Assembly: GCA_009602725.1 (NCBI GenBank)
Contig: WELB01000008.1
Span: 529,945-580,380, forward strand
Length of the DNA stretch: 50,436 nt
Source of the DNA: Spirogloea muscicola
Lineage: Eukaryota
Reading direction: 5' to 3'
The position numbers and the translations under genes were made by a program. Shown one piece after another: positions 20,700 through 32,115 of this stretch. The notes beneath the pieces were generated by a model. The model made no database searches. It was not told the origin of the DNA and worked only from the letters and a program-made list of their open reading frames with translations. Numbering within the stretch: the stretch's first letter is position 1; the number at the start of each line of letters is the position of its first letter.

Positions 20700-23600
20700 T
20701 TTGGATATTGTCCATTCTTTTTTGGCTGGCTTCTGCCAGCCCCTCTCTTCTATGGGCGAGCTCATCTTCTTGACCTACTTTGCTTCATGATCAGCACACT
20801 TTCTAAATGCAGTCGAGCGGGTGAAAGGTGAGCGAGCTAGGAGCACTCCAATCAAGGTGGAGTAGAGAGCGACAGCAAATGCGATGCAAAGGGCGACTGT
20901 GCACCCGAGCAAGCTTGACAGTCACGGAGGAGCAGCCGCAGGTCAGCATGCTAGCCCTGTTGCAGAGTGACAAGCCCCACAGCGAAAGCTCATGGCCTGT
21001 GTAACGATTTTACATGGCTGGAATGTCAATGCAGCAGTGACGTATTGACAGATGCCTGGAGACTAGACACCTCATCCGGCTGATAGATAAATTGACTGTC
21101 AGTGCCGCAGGAAAGGCTTGACAGATGCCTGGAGACGGACAATTTCACCAGGCTGGGCAGCGTGGCTTTAATTTAGAGATGAGAGCGGCGCAACCCGGAG
21201 TCGTGACACGCGAGACAGCATGGTGCTGGCGCTGGAACGAAAACGGGAGGTGGCAGCGCTGTAGACTGTCTTGACGGCGTTGGTTAGCCTTTAGTGATGA
21301 CGGGAACGATAGACGGCTGACGATAGCATGGGGGTAGTGACCGTCAGCTGCTAGTGACGGGGGACCGTCAGTATGGCGGTGGTTGCCGATGGATGGGTAG
21401 ATTGTCGGTGGTAGCCCGTCGATAGCCGTCGACAGGTCGTGGACGGGTCGTCAACGAGAGACTGGGTGCCAAATGTCCTACCCGGGCCCGTATGGCCGGG
21501 CTCGCAGTCCGTCGGGCTATATAGAGCGCTTAGCGCTTCCTCTGGCTTCCTCTGGCCCCCTTCTCGTTCTTTGTTCATTCTTTTCTGGGCTGGCTTGTCC
21601 AGCCCCTATCCTCAATGGGCGAGCCCTTTCTTCTATATAGAGGGCACCCGAGATGGGAGAGAGGGTGAGTACTTCACCCAACCTCGGACACCTGGACCCT
21701 TGCCCCTGCAGTAACCGTTGCTCAATTTTCGGTTGCGGCCCCATCCCAATGCCTCCCCGGTTTTCCTTGCGCCGCCAGCAGCCCGGGCTTGGCGATCCAC
21801 AGCATTCGTTACAGCCTGCCTGACTGTGCCCGGGCATCAAGAGGCATACATTTCTTCCTAGGAGTGAGGCATACATTTGAAACAAACGAGGGCCAAATGG
21901 CCAAAGGCAAGCACATCTGAAGACCTACATGACCTTCAGCAAAATGACCCGCTCAGTAACCACGAGTCAAAACATAAAGGTCACTAATTGATGCCTGAAT
22001 ACTAGATGTTAGATATGAAGCGCTTTTGCCACCAACTAGAGCTCGCCCAGCCAGGAAAGCGCGTGGGGCGCATGAAATGAAAGGGAGGGAGATGAAGACA
22101 CAGCTCTCCCAATGTGAAAGAAGGCGCGCGGTGCGCATGATATACAAAAAAGAGGCCAACTGTGGCCTTACAAAAGTCCTGGTAACAATGTACGGCAAAG
22201 GGGGCCGAGTGGCTAGCGGATTGAGCGGGGCTGGTCTTCCACATCCAGTGGCCACTTGATTGCCGTGTGCTTTAGCACGCTTCTGGCCCCTTCGTACTTT
22301 GTTGGGCCAATCTTTCATTCTTTCATTCACACAGAAAGTGCTCGCCCATAGAGAGTAGGGGCTGGGCTCACAAGTACCGCCTTTGAAGAGCTTAATCGCT
22401 TGAGAGGGAGGCAGTGGCTGTGAGAAAGCGCGCGGTGCACATGAAAGAGAAAGGGATGCCATTTCGAGCCTCACATAAGTCTCAGAAACGGGGCAATGAG
22501 CTGGTTAAGGGCGGGAAGACGAGTTCCTCCCGTTGGCAATTGACACCCATGGGGTGGGCGCTCGGTGGCTCGAGCTGCTCACCCAGATCGCCCGCCACAC
22601 CATCGCCCGTCGCTTCCATGGAGAGCCGGTCAACTTTCCTTCAGCCGGGTCGCTGGCGCAAGTGTCGTATGCGCCTGGCTGTCTCGCTGCAGAGGTCTAT
22701 GGCCCGCGCGCTGCACCTTCGTGCCGGCAGAGCCCTCGCTGCTGCCTCTGGCTCTGGCCAGGGGACCCACTTCCAGGAGCCTAGCATCTCTGATCTGCGG
22801 CTGCTTAGCATGGGTTACTGAGTGATCGTTAGCTGCTTTGTTTCTTTGTGTGCTTGTAATTCTAGGGGGGGACATCAAATGAGGGAACGAGAGTAACCAC
22901 AGAGTTGGTGGGGCAGAGGAAAAATGGCTCGCCCATATGAAAAAAGTGGCTAGCAAAGCCAGCCTAGAACACAATGGACAATAGCGGCGGCCACAAAGAC
23001 GATGTGAGGTCTCCGAGAGAATGAGCTCGCCCGTCAAGGCCACAAAACGGGGCCGACAAAGAAAAACTACACACCAGGACACACAATGATGCAGAGGGAG
23101 GATCGAACGGCGCCGGCAGGGAACGGAGGTGGCGGCCAATCAGCCAAATGACGGCCAAGCAGCCAAAGAAGAAGTGGCACTCCCAATGTAGAAGCGCGGC
23201 CAGATTGACTGGTGGCTGGGAAAGGCCAGCCCAAAGGAGTGGACAAGGTCTGAGGGAGCCTGAGTGCCAGCCCAATGGGGGCAAGGGCTGCGAAGTGGGT
23301 CCCCTGGCCAGAGCCAGAGGCAGCAGCGAGGGCTTCTGCCGGCTCGGCGTAGAAGAAAGCGCGGCCAGATTGACTGGTAGCTAGGAAAGGCCAGCCCAAA
23401 GAGAGAAGGCGCGCGGGGCGCATGAATTGAAAGGGAGGCCAATTCAAGCCAATACATTGTTCAGGCAGAGTCGAGTGCAGACTAAACAATGCTACATAAT
23501 ACGGAGACCTAATCTAAGGTACCTAAGATGACATTAGTACCCACGGGTGAGCACAAACAAATCTGACAAGCTAACTTGGGGAGCTGGAGCGAAAGCAATG

Positions 23601-23860
23601 GACAAGGTCTGAAGGAGCCGGAGTGCCAGCCCAATGGGGGCAAGGGCTGCGAAAAGCCAGCCCAAAAAGAATTGACAAAGGTTCGGAGGGCCTACAGCCA
23701 CGAAGGGGCCTGAAGATGCTATGTCAGAACAGGGGGATGAGAACGAAATGAGGGAGGCCAAAGGAAGCCAGTACGCTGCTTGAAGAAGTGAAGCTCTTCC
23801 AAAGTTGGAGGGAGCTATGAATGGCCTGTGAAGACACTTCCAGAAGCTTGTAAGAGGACG
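20700..23860. mobile_element. Large mixed-orientation stack of CRE-like 3' fragments
   Basis: C-termini at ~20930 (-), 21953-22055 (-, ASISDLYVLTRGY*), 22515-22821 (+, EFLPLAIDTHG...SLQRSMARALHLRAGRALAAASG...SISDLRLLSMGY*), ~23295-23345 (-) and 23534-23590 (-, SLSDLFVLTRGY*), plus many hairpin or ATGGGCGAGC ends. Confidence 0.78.
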
Positions 23861-24312
23861 GAGAATTAGCGACCGACCGGCCAAACAACCAATCAGGCAG
23901 CTTGCAGCCACGCCGACGATGATGCGCCCAACCGGGCGCTTCCCACCTGCCGGGAGCAGGGCCGGGCCGATATTTCCAGCTCCGTCAGAGCCCCCTACCA
24001 GCACGCTCGTAGAACGCGACGCGGGGTCCATTAGTGCGGCGCCGTCCCGTCCCGCGCTTCACGCGCGTCCGCACGCGGCCGCCGAGATGCATCGGATCCG
24101 ACGGCCGGGCCGACCAGTGGTGGAGGATGAATCTCATCCCATCCCCGGCGGCCCGCATCGGCGGCGCCGACGCGGCGGGGCGCGCCGCACGATCCCGATC
24201 GGACGGCCGCCAGGCCCTCCGGCCAACGGGTACCTCCACAAAACCCCCCCCTCCCCACCCCCTTCCCTGCTCATTTGTCAGCCCCGCCCCGCCGCACTCT
24301 ATCTTGCCCGCC

Positions 24313-25298
24313 ATGGCCGCCCTCGCCGCCACCTCCGCCCTGGCCGTCGCCGCCGCCGCGCCCGCCGTCGCCGCCGCCCCCGCCTCCCGCTCCGCTTCCG
24401 TCGTCCCCGCCTTCTCCGGCCTCCGCCGCAACGCCGGCGCCGCCAACGAGTGGGCCCTCAAGACCACCTCCAACGGCTCCAAGACCAATGCCTTCCTCGT
24501 GAGAGCCCGCCCTCTGGCGCCCCCCCTCCGCCCCTCCTCGGCCTGATCGTTGCCTCTGAGCTCAGATCTGCCCATCCCGTGGCCTGCATTGTTACATAAC
24601 CTCTCACCTTCTCACGTCCGCCCGAGCTGAAGCTGCATTCCTCATGCCATTGCTTCCTCTTTGCTCTACCTTGATTCAGTTGCTTAGAGCCGATTCTTGA
24701 TGCTCCTGGCATGGCAAGCTCATTACTCGTAAATGTCTTTGCTGTGTCGCCAGGTGTGGCCCCCTTACAACAACCCCAAGTTCGAGACCTTGTCCTACCT
24801 CCCCCCACTCTCCGATGAGGCTATTGCCAAGGAGATTGACTACCTCCTGTTGAAGGGCTGGATTCCCTGCATCGAGTTCGACGAGGTGCGTTGCTAGCAT
24901 CTGACAAGTGTAGGCAATCTTGCTTATCGCTGATGATGTGCTCTGATCAGCATTCGTGTAGTTGGCTGAAGGAGCTGTAAGATCAGATCTAGCTTCGGCT
25001 TGTCCTGATCTGGCTTTGGCACGCTCTCGTTGACATCTTCAGCAAGCTCGCTTGTGGTGCTGATTCCTGGCAGGTTGGCACCATCTCTCGCTACAACAAC
25101 CGGAGCCCAGGCTACTATGATGGCCGCTACTGGACCATGTGGAAGCTCCCCATGTTCGGCTGCAACGACTCCACCCAGGTTCTCCAGGAGGTCGCCAACT
25201 GCAAGAAGGAGTACCCAAAGGCCTTCATCCGTGTCATTGGCTTCGATAGGAGCAGGCAGGTCCAGTGCTGCGGTTTCATTGTCGCCAAGCCCCAGTAG
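24313..25298 (+). CDS. rbcS: Rubisco small subunit with plastid transit peptide, 3 exons
   Basis: Exons 24313-24498, 24754-24885 and 25074-25298 (all phase 0) give an Ala-rich transit peptide, then [20 protein letters not shown]...[39 protein letters not shown]...[23 protein letters not shown]. Confidence 0.98.
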
Positions 25299-27959
25299 AT
25301 GGTGGCGCTCGCCTTGTGAGGCCTGCCAATTATTTATGTTGTTGGACAGCCTTTCAATTTGAAGCTATTTTACTGCATAGAAAGCATCTGTCGGGCATTG
25401 TCANGGGGGGGGCGGGAGAGCTTGGTGGTGGCTTTTTTGTTGTATTTCACAATTGTTGCTTTAAGCAGAAGTAAAGCAGCAGCACTTGATGATAATTCTG
25501 GGCGAGAGATGAATTATGAGAACACATATTCATTCATTCAGGTTGTGGCCTACAGACTTTGACCTAGTCCTCGCACAAGAGCCTGGGTATCCTGCTGCCA
25601 GAGCTTTGTTGTGCTTCTGAATTACCAGCTCGCAATTCCTGATGTGCTGCCAAGAAGCAGAATGCTCTGCGCTGTTAAACTTGCTGTCCATCCTTTGCAG
25701 ACATTGATATCTGCTTCGTCTCTACCCCTGCCCTGCCTACATGTAAGTGAAGGCAATGCCTGGCTGACACTGCATATGCTCTGCCCACACATAGCCACAT
25801 GCCTGAACCTGCCCAAAGTGCCAGCAAAGGCCCACATTCAAGTAATTCCAGCTTGCGCACAACAAATGCACGGCGCACGAGTGATGGAAAGATTACAATA
25901 TGAGCAGATTGGGGGTTTGCTCCACTGGCTGGCCCTGTTACATGCACGGTAGCACATTATCCTTTCCTTGTACTTGGCCATTTGGCCCTCGTTTGTTTCA
26001 GATACACAAACTTGGTTCCTGAGGAGTGCTTATCTTGCTCTGCATCCTTGTTGTTCAATACACTGAATCTGCCGAAGCCCCTGATTATTTTTGGAATGTC
26101 AATAATAGCAATTTTTAGTGTCGCGCCTCTTGGCTGCGTTCAACACCCTCCACTTTCTTATTTCTCCACTCCATGTCTCGCAGCTGGTCGTTTGCCCCCT
26201 CTCTGTACTCCCAGCAGAACGCCCCCAACTTAGCGGTACAGAATCAGATTCGCTAATGGCGGCAGATCAAGACTAGCACAAGCTCCGCTTGGCAGCACAA
26301 AGAGGTCAGCATAGCACAGGCTCCCTCCGCACCCAGGTTAGTTGATAGTCATAGCTAGGGCGCACAGGAGCAGCAGTGCAGTCGCCTCGTGTTCAGGATC
26401 AGCCCTAAATGCCGGGCAACCCTTCTCACTGGGAGCGCTTCCACGGCCCACTAGGCTGAGTCTGGTGGTCACATAGCCCATCTGCTGGAGTACCATGCGA
26501 ATGTGTTTGACCGGATGGTTCCCCAGCGCAACTCGCTGCTTCATCGTATTGCTACATCCAACACTCTTGTGGTCAAGACTTCGGGAGCTCAGACTGCAGG
26601 GCGACAGGGGCGGTAGTGGCTGTAGAAGGCCAGCCTGCGTGAAAATAATGAAGCAGGGAAACAGTAGATTACTTACTAGATGAGAGCTCCTCGATGTAGG
26701 CCATGGCAGCGGATGACATGTTCGGTGAGGACTACGCTGGCAGAAGTGCTTGACAGCATAGTACGCAGGACCAGAGAACAATATGAGCTCAGTAGCTGTG
26801 AGTTGAGCAGCCTGAGTCAAGACAAAGTCGGAAGCAAAAAGCAAACAGGCAATTGGTGCCTGGTGCCGGCCAAGTGGTGCCAGCCGAAGGCTCCAGCAGA
26901 TGCGAATGGTTGTGATCGTGTCAATCATGAACATCTGAAGGAAAGGTCCTCGCCAACAGGAAAAAGTAAGGGGCAATGCCTTCCAACGAGGGCAGTGGCT
27001 AGGACAACCAGCCCAATGTACCTCCTCCACATGTTGGGGCATGATAGTGCCAGCAGAGGAGCTCTTTGACGTTTTACGTGAATGATCTGACTGCGGGTCA
27101 AAGGTCAATGCCTGTGCAGGTTTAAACGTAACGTGGTTGTTTGGCGAGACGATAAAGTCGTGCTGCACCTGTCAGCAGGCGGATGCTGATTATCTTCCGC
27201 CAGCAAGGTGGTGGAACGCCAATTGCTCCCGCTTCGCCTATCTTTCTTCCATTACCCCATATCTTCACCTCACATGGTAATTTACGAGAAGTTTATGATG
27301 GGATATTCATGAGTCCTTTACACACAAAAAGAGAAGCAATTTCTGCTGAAAACTCTTGTAAACGTAAGGCTGTAGGACCAGCAACATCAGACAGCTAATT
27401 TAGGGCAGTGGACATTATAACGATAAGTGACCACGACTTCTGGCAACTGGGTGGAGCCCTTACCCTCTTACACCGCAGACCTCTTGCACGTCTTACTAGC
27501 AAGGCAGCCCAGCGGGAGCCGCTCTTGGAAAAACCAGCAGCTTTAGTCTTTCTTTTCCGTTTCAAGTTCCCTTCAGTTGTCCTTGCGCTCGTGCGTAGCG
27601 CCTCTATTGGCCAAGGGCTTCGCTTCGTGTAGTTCTGACCTTTCAGATTCTTTCGCCTGAGCACTGTACAAGCTCGGCTTGGCCTCCCTTACATTTTCAT
27701 GCGCACCGCTCGTCTTCTTTATCTCCTGTATGGCACCCGGCTGGCTTTCACAGCTCAGTAACCCCGAGTCTTGCAGCTGCTGACTCGGTATTACTTACTA
27801 AGCTCCCATTCACTGTATTCTCGTGCACAGATGCGTAGTTATGGTGCCTTTCGGCCCTTTAGACCTTGTCATCCTCGTTGGGCTAACCTCTTACAGCCGT
27901 TGCCGTCAAATTGGAAGAGCTGTTTCTCACAGCCACTGCCATACGTTTGAAGAGCTGTT

Positions 27960-28352
27960 CGGTGGCTCGAGCTGCTCACCCAGCTCGCCCGCCACACCAT
28001 CGCCCGGCGCTTCCATGTGGAGCCGGTTGACTTCCCTGCAGCCGGGTCGCTGGCGCAAGTGTATCGAATGCGCCTGGCCGTCTCGCTGCAGAGGTCTCGC
28101 TGCCCATGGCCCGGGCGCTGCACCTTCGTGCCGGCAGAGCCCTCGCTGCTGCCTCTGGCTCTGGCCAGGGGACCCACTTCCAGGAGCCCAGCATCTCTGA
28201 TCTGCGGCTGCTTAGCAGGGGTTACTGAGTGTCTCGTAGCAGCTCTGTTTCTGTTACTTAGCGCTTCCCCTGGCCCCCTTCTCGTACTCTGTTCATTCTT
28301 TTTCGGGCTGGTTGTTCCAGCCCCTATTCTCAATGGGCGAGCACTTTCTTCT
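27960..28352 (+). mobile_element. Young CRE-like 3' fragment (subfamily A) just upstream of DJ-1
   Basis: LHLRAGRALAAASGSGQGTHFQEPSISDLRLLSRGY*, then a UTR ending GGGCTGGTTGTTCCAGCCCCTATTCTCAATGGGCGAGCACTTTCTTCT. It is essentially identical to the inverted copy at 32116-32432. Confidence 0.85.
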
Positions 28353-28458
28353 TCTTGTTCCCCGTTTACTGCCACTTTATTCTACATTCTTTTCCCCCTC
28401 TCTCCACACACTCTCTGCATGCGCCACGGGCTCGCCGCCCCACCCACGCCGCCGCCGC

Positions 28459-28489
<31 letters not shown>

Positions 28490-28492
28490 GTC

Positions 28493-30795
28493 ATGGCGCC
28501 AAGCAGGCGCATCCTCTTCCTGGTAGGCGACTTCGCCGAGGACTACGAGGTGAGCATCGCCGGGTCTTCACCACCATGCTGTGGGAGGGGCCGACGGAAG
28601 GCGCCAACGCAAGGAGAGCTGCAGCGTCAAGGCAACCCTGTGCTGCGTACTTCGTCGCACCGCTTCATTGGCAGGAGAAGCCATGATGTGCCTGTCACAC
28701 ACACTGTCGTCATGGCCTGCCATGTCTGCAGCTAAATGCGACTCAGAGGTAGCTCACCACAATGGCATGCTCGCATCGCTCGCAGGTGATGGTGCCGTTT
28801 CAGACGCTCCAGGCTCTGGGCTTCAGCACGGACGCGGTGTGCCCGGGTAAGAAGGAGGGTGACATCAGCCGCACAGCCGTCCACGATTTCGAAGGTGATC
28901 AAGTATGTGGGCTTGATGGTCCTCTTCACGGAAACCTGCAAAGACAAGCCTGCTGATTGACTTCCAGATTCTTCTGTCAGTATGATACGATTCTTTTTTG
29001 TTAGAAAGACATTATCTCTGGGTGTTCCTCCTGCTTTAGATTTTGTTAAGAATGACCAATATTGTCATGCAAGGAAGCTAGCATGTGGTGGTCGTTGCTT
29101 TTCCCATTGTCTGCAATGACTGCCAGCAAACTTGACAACCCTGTAATGCATGTATGACAACAAGCTGGAGCAAGCCGCACATTTGCTGTGGTTAGCTAGG
29201 ATTATCTGCTGAAGTCTGTCCTCTGCCCCTGGCTTGGTGCCTTCCACAAGCAGACTTACAGCGAGAAGCCAGGCCACAATTTCGTCCTCAATGCAACTTT
29301 CAGCGACGTTTCGTGGGACGAATACGATGCACTTGTGATTCCTGGAGGCCGTGCTCCAGAGTATCTCTCGGTTGATGAGTCTGTGATCAAGTTGGTCCAG
29401 GGCTTCAATGCAGCTCTGAAGCCAATAGCTGCTATCTGTCATGGGCCGCTCATACTCGCAGCAGCTGGTGTGCTCAAGGTCAGTGGTACCTTTTGTTGGC
29501 AAGGGCTGCTGCAACTGATCGAAGGTGGCTAGCAATGTGACTCATATTGACGACCTGCTTACATGGATCTGTGATCCTTCCGTTACTGAGTGATTTGAGT
29601 GACTTCATCGTGACTTGACTTGACTTGACTTCACAAGACAGTGACTTGATCATCACTTATTTCTATCCTATTATGCAGCTGATATTGATGGTGTGGTGAT
29701 TGTGCAGGGCAAGAAGTGTACAGCATATCCTGCTTGCAAGCCAGCTCTGGTTGCTGCAGGAGCAATTTGGGAAGAGCCCGACCCTATATCTGCCTGCTTC
29801 ATGGACGAATGCCTTGTCACAGGCGCGGGCTGGCTGGGGCATCCTGAATTTATTGGGTTGCTCTTGATGGCTATGGGGGCAAGAGTACAAGGAAGCGACA
29901 AGAGGGTGCTCCTATTAGCTGGGGTGAGTATCTTGCCAGAGTGTGTAATTCACAATCAAGTCCGCCCAAAGTTCACTTTCAGCTCATAGTTCATGTTTTT
30001 GCATGTATTTTCATGCATTCACATCATACAGTAGCGCTGTCCTGCCCACCTTCGGAACAGTGCTCTGCTGCTTAGAAAAGCTCACCTGAAGGACTCCAGC
30101 TGCTGACAGTATAAGTGGTCCATGGCAGATGGATGCTATTACTTTTTTCTCTTTGTCAAACTGTCGAACAAGGTCTAGAACTTTGTAATTAGTAGACAGG
30201 TACTCTGGGGCTCGGCCACCTGGAATAAGCAGCACATCTAGTCTTCAGCCTTCACGTCATCAAAATTGGAGTTGAGTTGAAATTTGTGCCCAGGCTTTTC
30301 TGAGTACGTTTGGGCTCCCTCAAAGTCATGGATGGCAGTCATGCAAAAATCGTCTTTGCTTTTTCCAGGACAGACGGTATCGACGCGGTAGTCCAAGCTT
30401 TGGCATTGCCTGATAAGGCACCATCACCTCGTAGTCTTCTACATAGTCCTGTCAATGCAGAGATACAGTGATCAAGCACAGCATATCCACTTCAGCAGCA
30501 CTTAGATCCCTGCACAAACGAAATGCAGAGGTGTAACTATTGCAGGATTGCGCTACTCTAGACATAAACTGCTGATCTGAGGGCACCACAATGGCATTCA
30601 TTGCAGGGCAAACGGTTGACTGCCTACCCCGCTGTCAAGCCCGCAATTGTCCTAGCTGGAGCAGAGTGGCTTGAGCCAGAACCCATTACCAAGTGCTTCA
30701 AGGATGGGAATCTGATTTCTGGTGCTGCATGGCCAGCTCACCCAGAATTTTTGGCCCTCATCATGGATGCTCTTGGCACCACTGTGTCGACTTAA
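28493..30795 (+). CDS. Two-domain DJ-1/PfpI glyoxalase III (DJ-1D-like); exon 5 is assembled on the opposite strand
   Basis: Plus-strand exons 28493-28549 ([14 protein letters not shown]), 28786-28902, 29254-29478 (PGGRAPEYL...AICHG), 29708-29923 and 30607-30795. The intervening exon ([11 protein letters not shown]...[16 protein letters not shown]) lies on the minus strand at 30448-30086. Confidence 0.9.
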
Positions 30796-31197
30796 ACGAA
30801 CGCAAATGAACTGATCAAGTCCACCTGTGCATTGTGATTTGCAAGCACCTTAAAACAGCCTGTAGCAAGTGCCAGTGCTGGCAGAAGGCAGAGCTCTGTG
30901 GTATAGTGAGAAAGTCTTGACATGTGCTCCATGTACATATCTCAACTGCCGGCAGTCAAGAGGCCTGGCGCAGATCGTGCACCGTTTTGGGCCACTTTGG
31001 CTTTGCAGTTATGTTGCTTGACTCTGAGGCCTCAAAGCATGCAGCAGTAACTTGTCGCCATGTTTCCTGCACCTGATGCAATCAAATTTGTACCCCTATG
31101 TGCTCCAGGAGCATATGGTGGCAGATTTCTTCGTACATTATGCTATCCCGCAGTGAGTCAACAAATGCTTGGCACCACATTGTGCAATTGAGAGCTG

Positions 31198-31566
31198 TCA
31201 CTTGACCATGCTGAGGAGGTCGGAGAGCTGGGAGCAGTGCTTGGACTCGCCCTTGCAGCTGTCGCAGCATGCCTGCAGCTTCTTGACGTACGCCAAGCAC
31301 CTGGCCAAATCAACGAGCTTTGACGGCCACAGCTAAGCCTTGATGTGCAGTCACATGGAAGGCATCTGCTGATCATAGCCTGCAATACCTCCCTGGACCA
31401 AGCAGTGCCCTGATTTAGCCTATATCAGAAGGCAATAGCGCATGCGAGGGCGAGGCGCGGCGACATACTTGGACACCTGGAAGTCCTCCTTTGCTATGCA
31501 GCGCTGGATTGCGCAGGCCTCCGGATGGCAAGGCTCTTCGGGCGGTGGTTTCTTGCCCCACAACAT
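31198..31566 (-). CDS. CMC4: Cx9C motif protein 4 (mitochondrial intermembrane space), 2 exons
   Basis: Exons 31566-31469 and 31300-31198 give MLWGKKPPPEEPCHPEACAIQRCIAKEDFQVSK/CLAYVKKLQACCDSCKGESKHCSQLSDLLSMVK*, which has the CMC4 cysteine pattern. Confidence 0.85.
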
Positions 31567-32115
31567 CCGCAACAGGTGGTGGGGCCGCAACGACCGCGCG
31601 CCGCAGCAGTCGAAGTGGAGGACGCCACCCAAAAGCGGCGATGTGACAACGAGCTCCGTAGAGCGCAGCAACGCGACGTAGCTCTTGCCCCTTCTGGGCA
31701 GCCAGGGACACAGCCCAAAGAGGATCCGCAAGCACGGCCAAAAGCGGAGGACCTTGCGGGCTCGACAGTGCGGGGCTCACAACGCGGGAGCCGTTGCTCG
31801 CGTGTGGGCTCGGCTTGTGTCGCACCAAATCCTCCTGCGCTGGCTCGCGCCCAGATGGCTGACAGCAGACCTCCGGCTGGCTGGAGCACTGCCGCTGCGG
31901 GCTGGCGCCGGAGCGGGCTCCTCCTTGGCGACGCGGTGACGGCGGCTGCGGCGGCGGCAGCGGCGCGGCGGCGAGGAGGGAGCTGGCTTCGGCACGCGCC
32001 AGCAGGCTGAGGCGAGCGAGAGAGAGCCGTGCCCGGCGGCAGCGGCGGCAGAGGCCAAGTGAGCCAAGTGGCGACCACCGCCGAGTCGCCTCACCTCCTC
32101 ATGCTTTGCACCTGA

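Noticed and set aside
5320..23700. Recurrent hairpin motif read as a CRISPR-like repeat-spacer array
   Set aside because: Spacing is irregular, orientation is mixed, the repeats are divergent, there are no cas genes, and the motif follows retroelement stop codons in a eukaryotic genome.
25600..27660. ORFs such as 26338-27168 as a gene or transposase
   Set aside because: No recognisable motifs or consistent splice structure; left unannotated.
29600..29651. (TGACT)n tract; also (TCTTA)n at ~18657, a 24-bp duplication at ~37875/37928 and a short duplication at ~7449/7471
   Set aside because: Ordinary microsatellites and slippage duplications.
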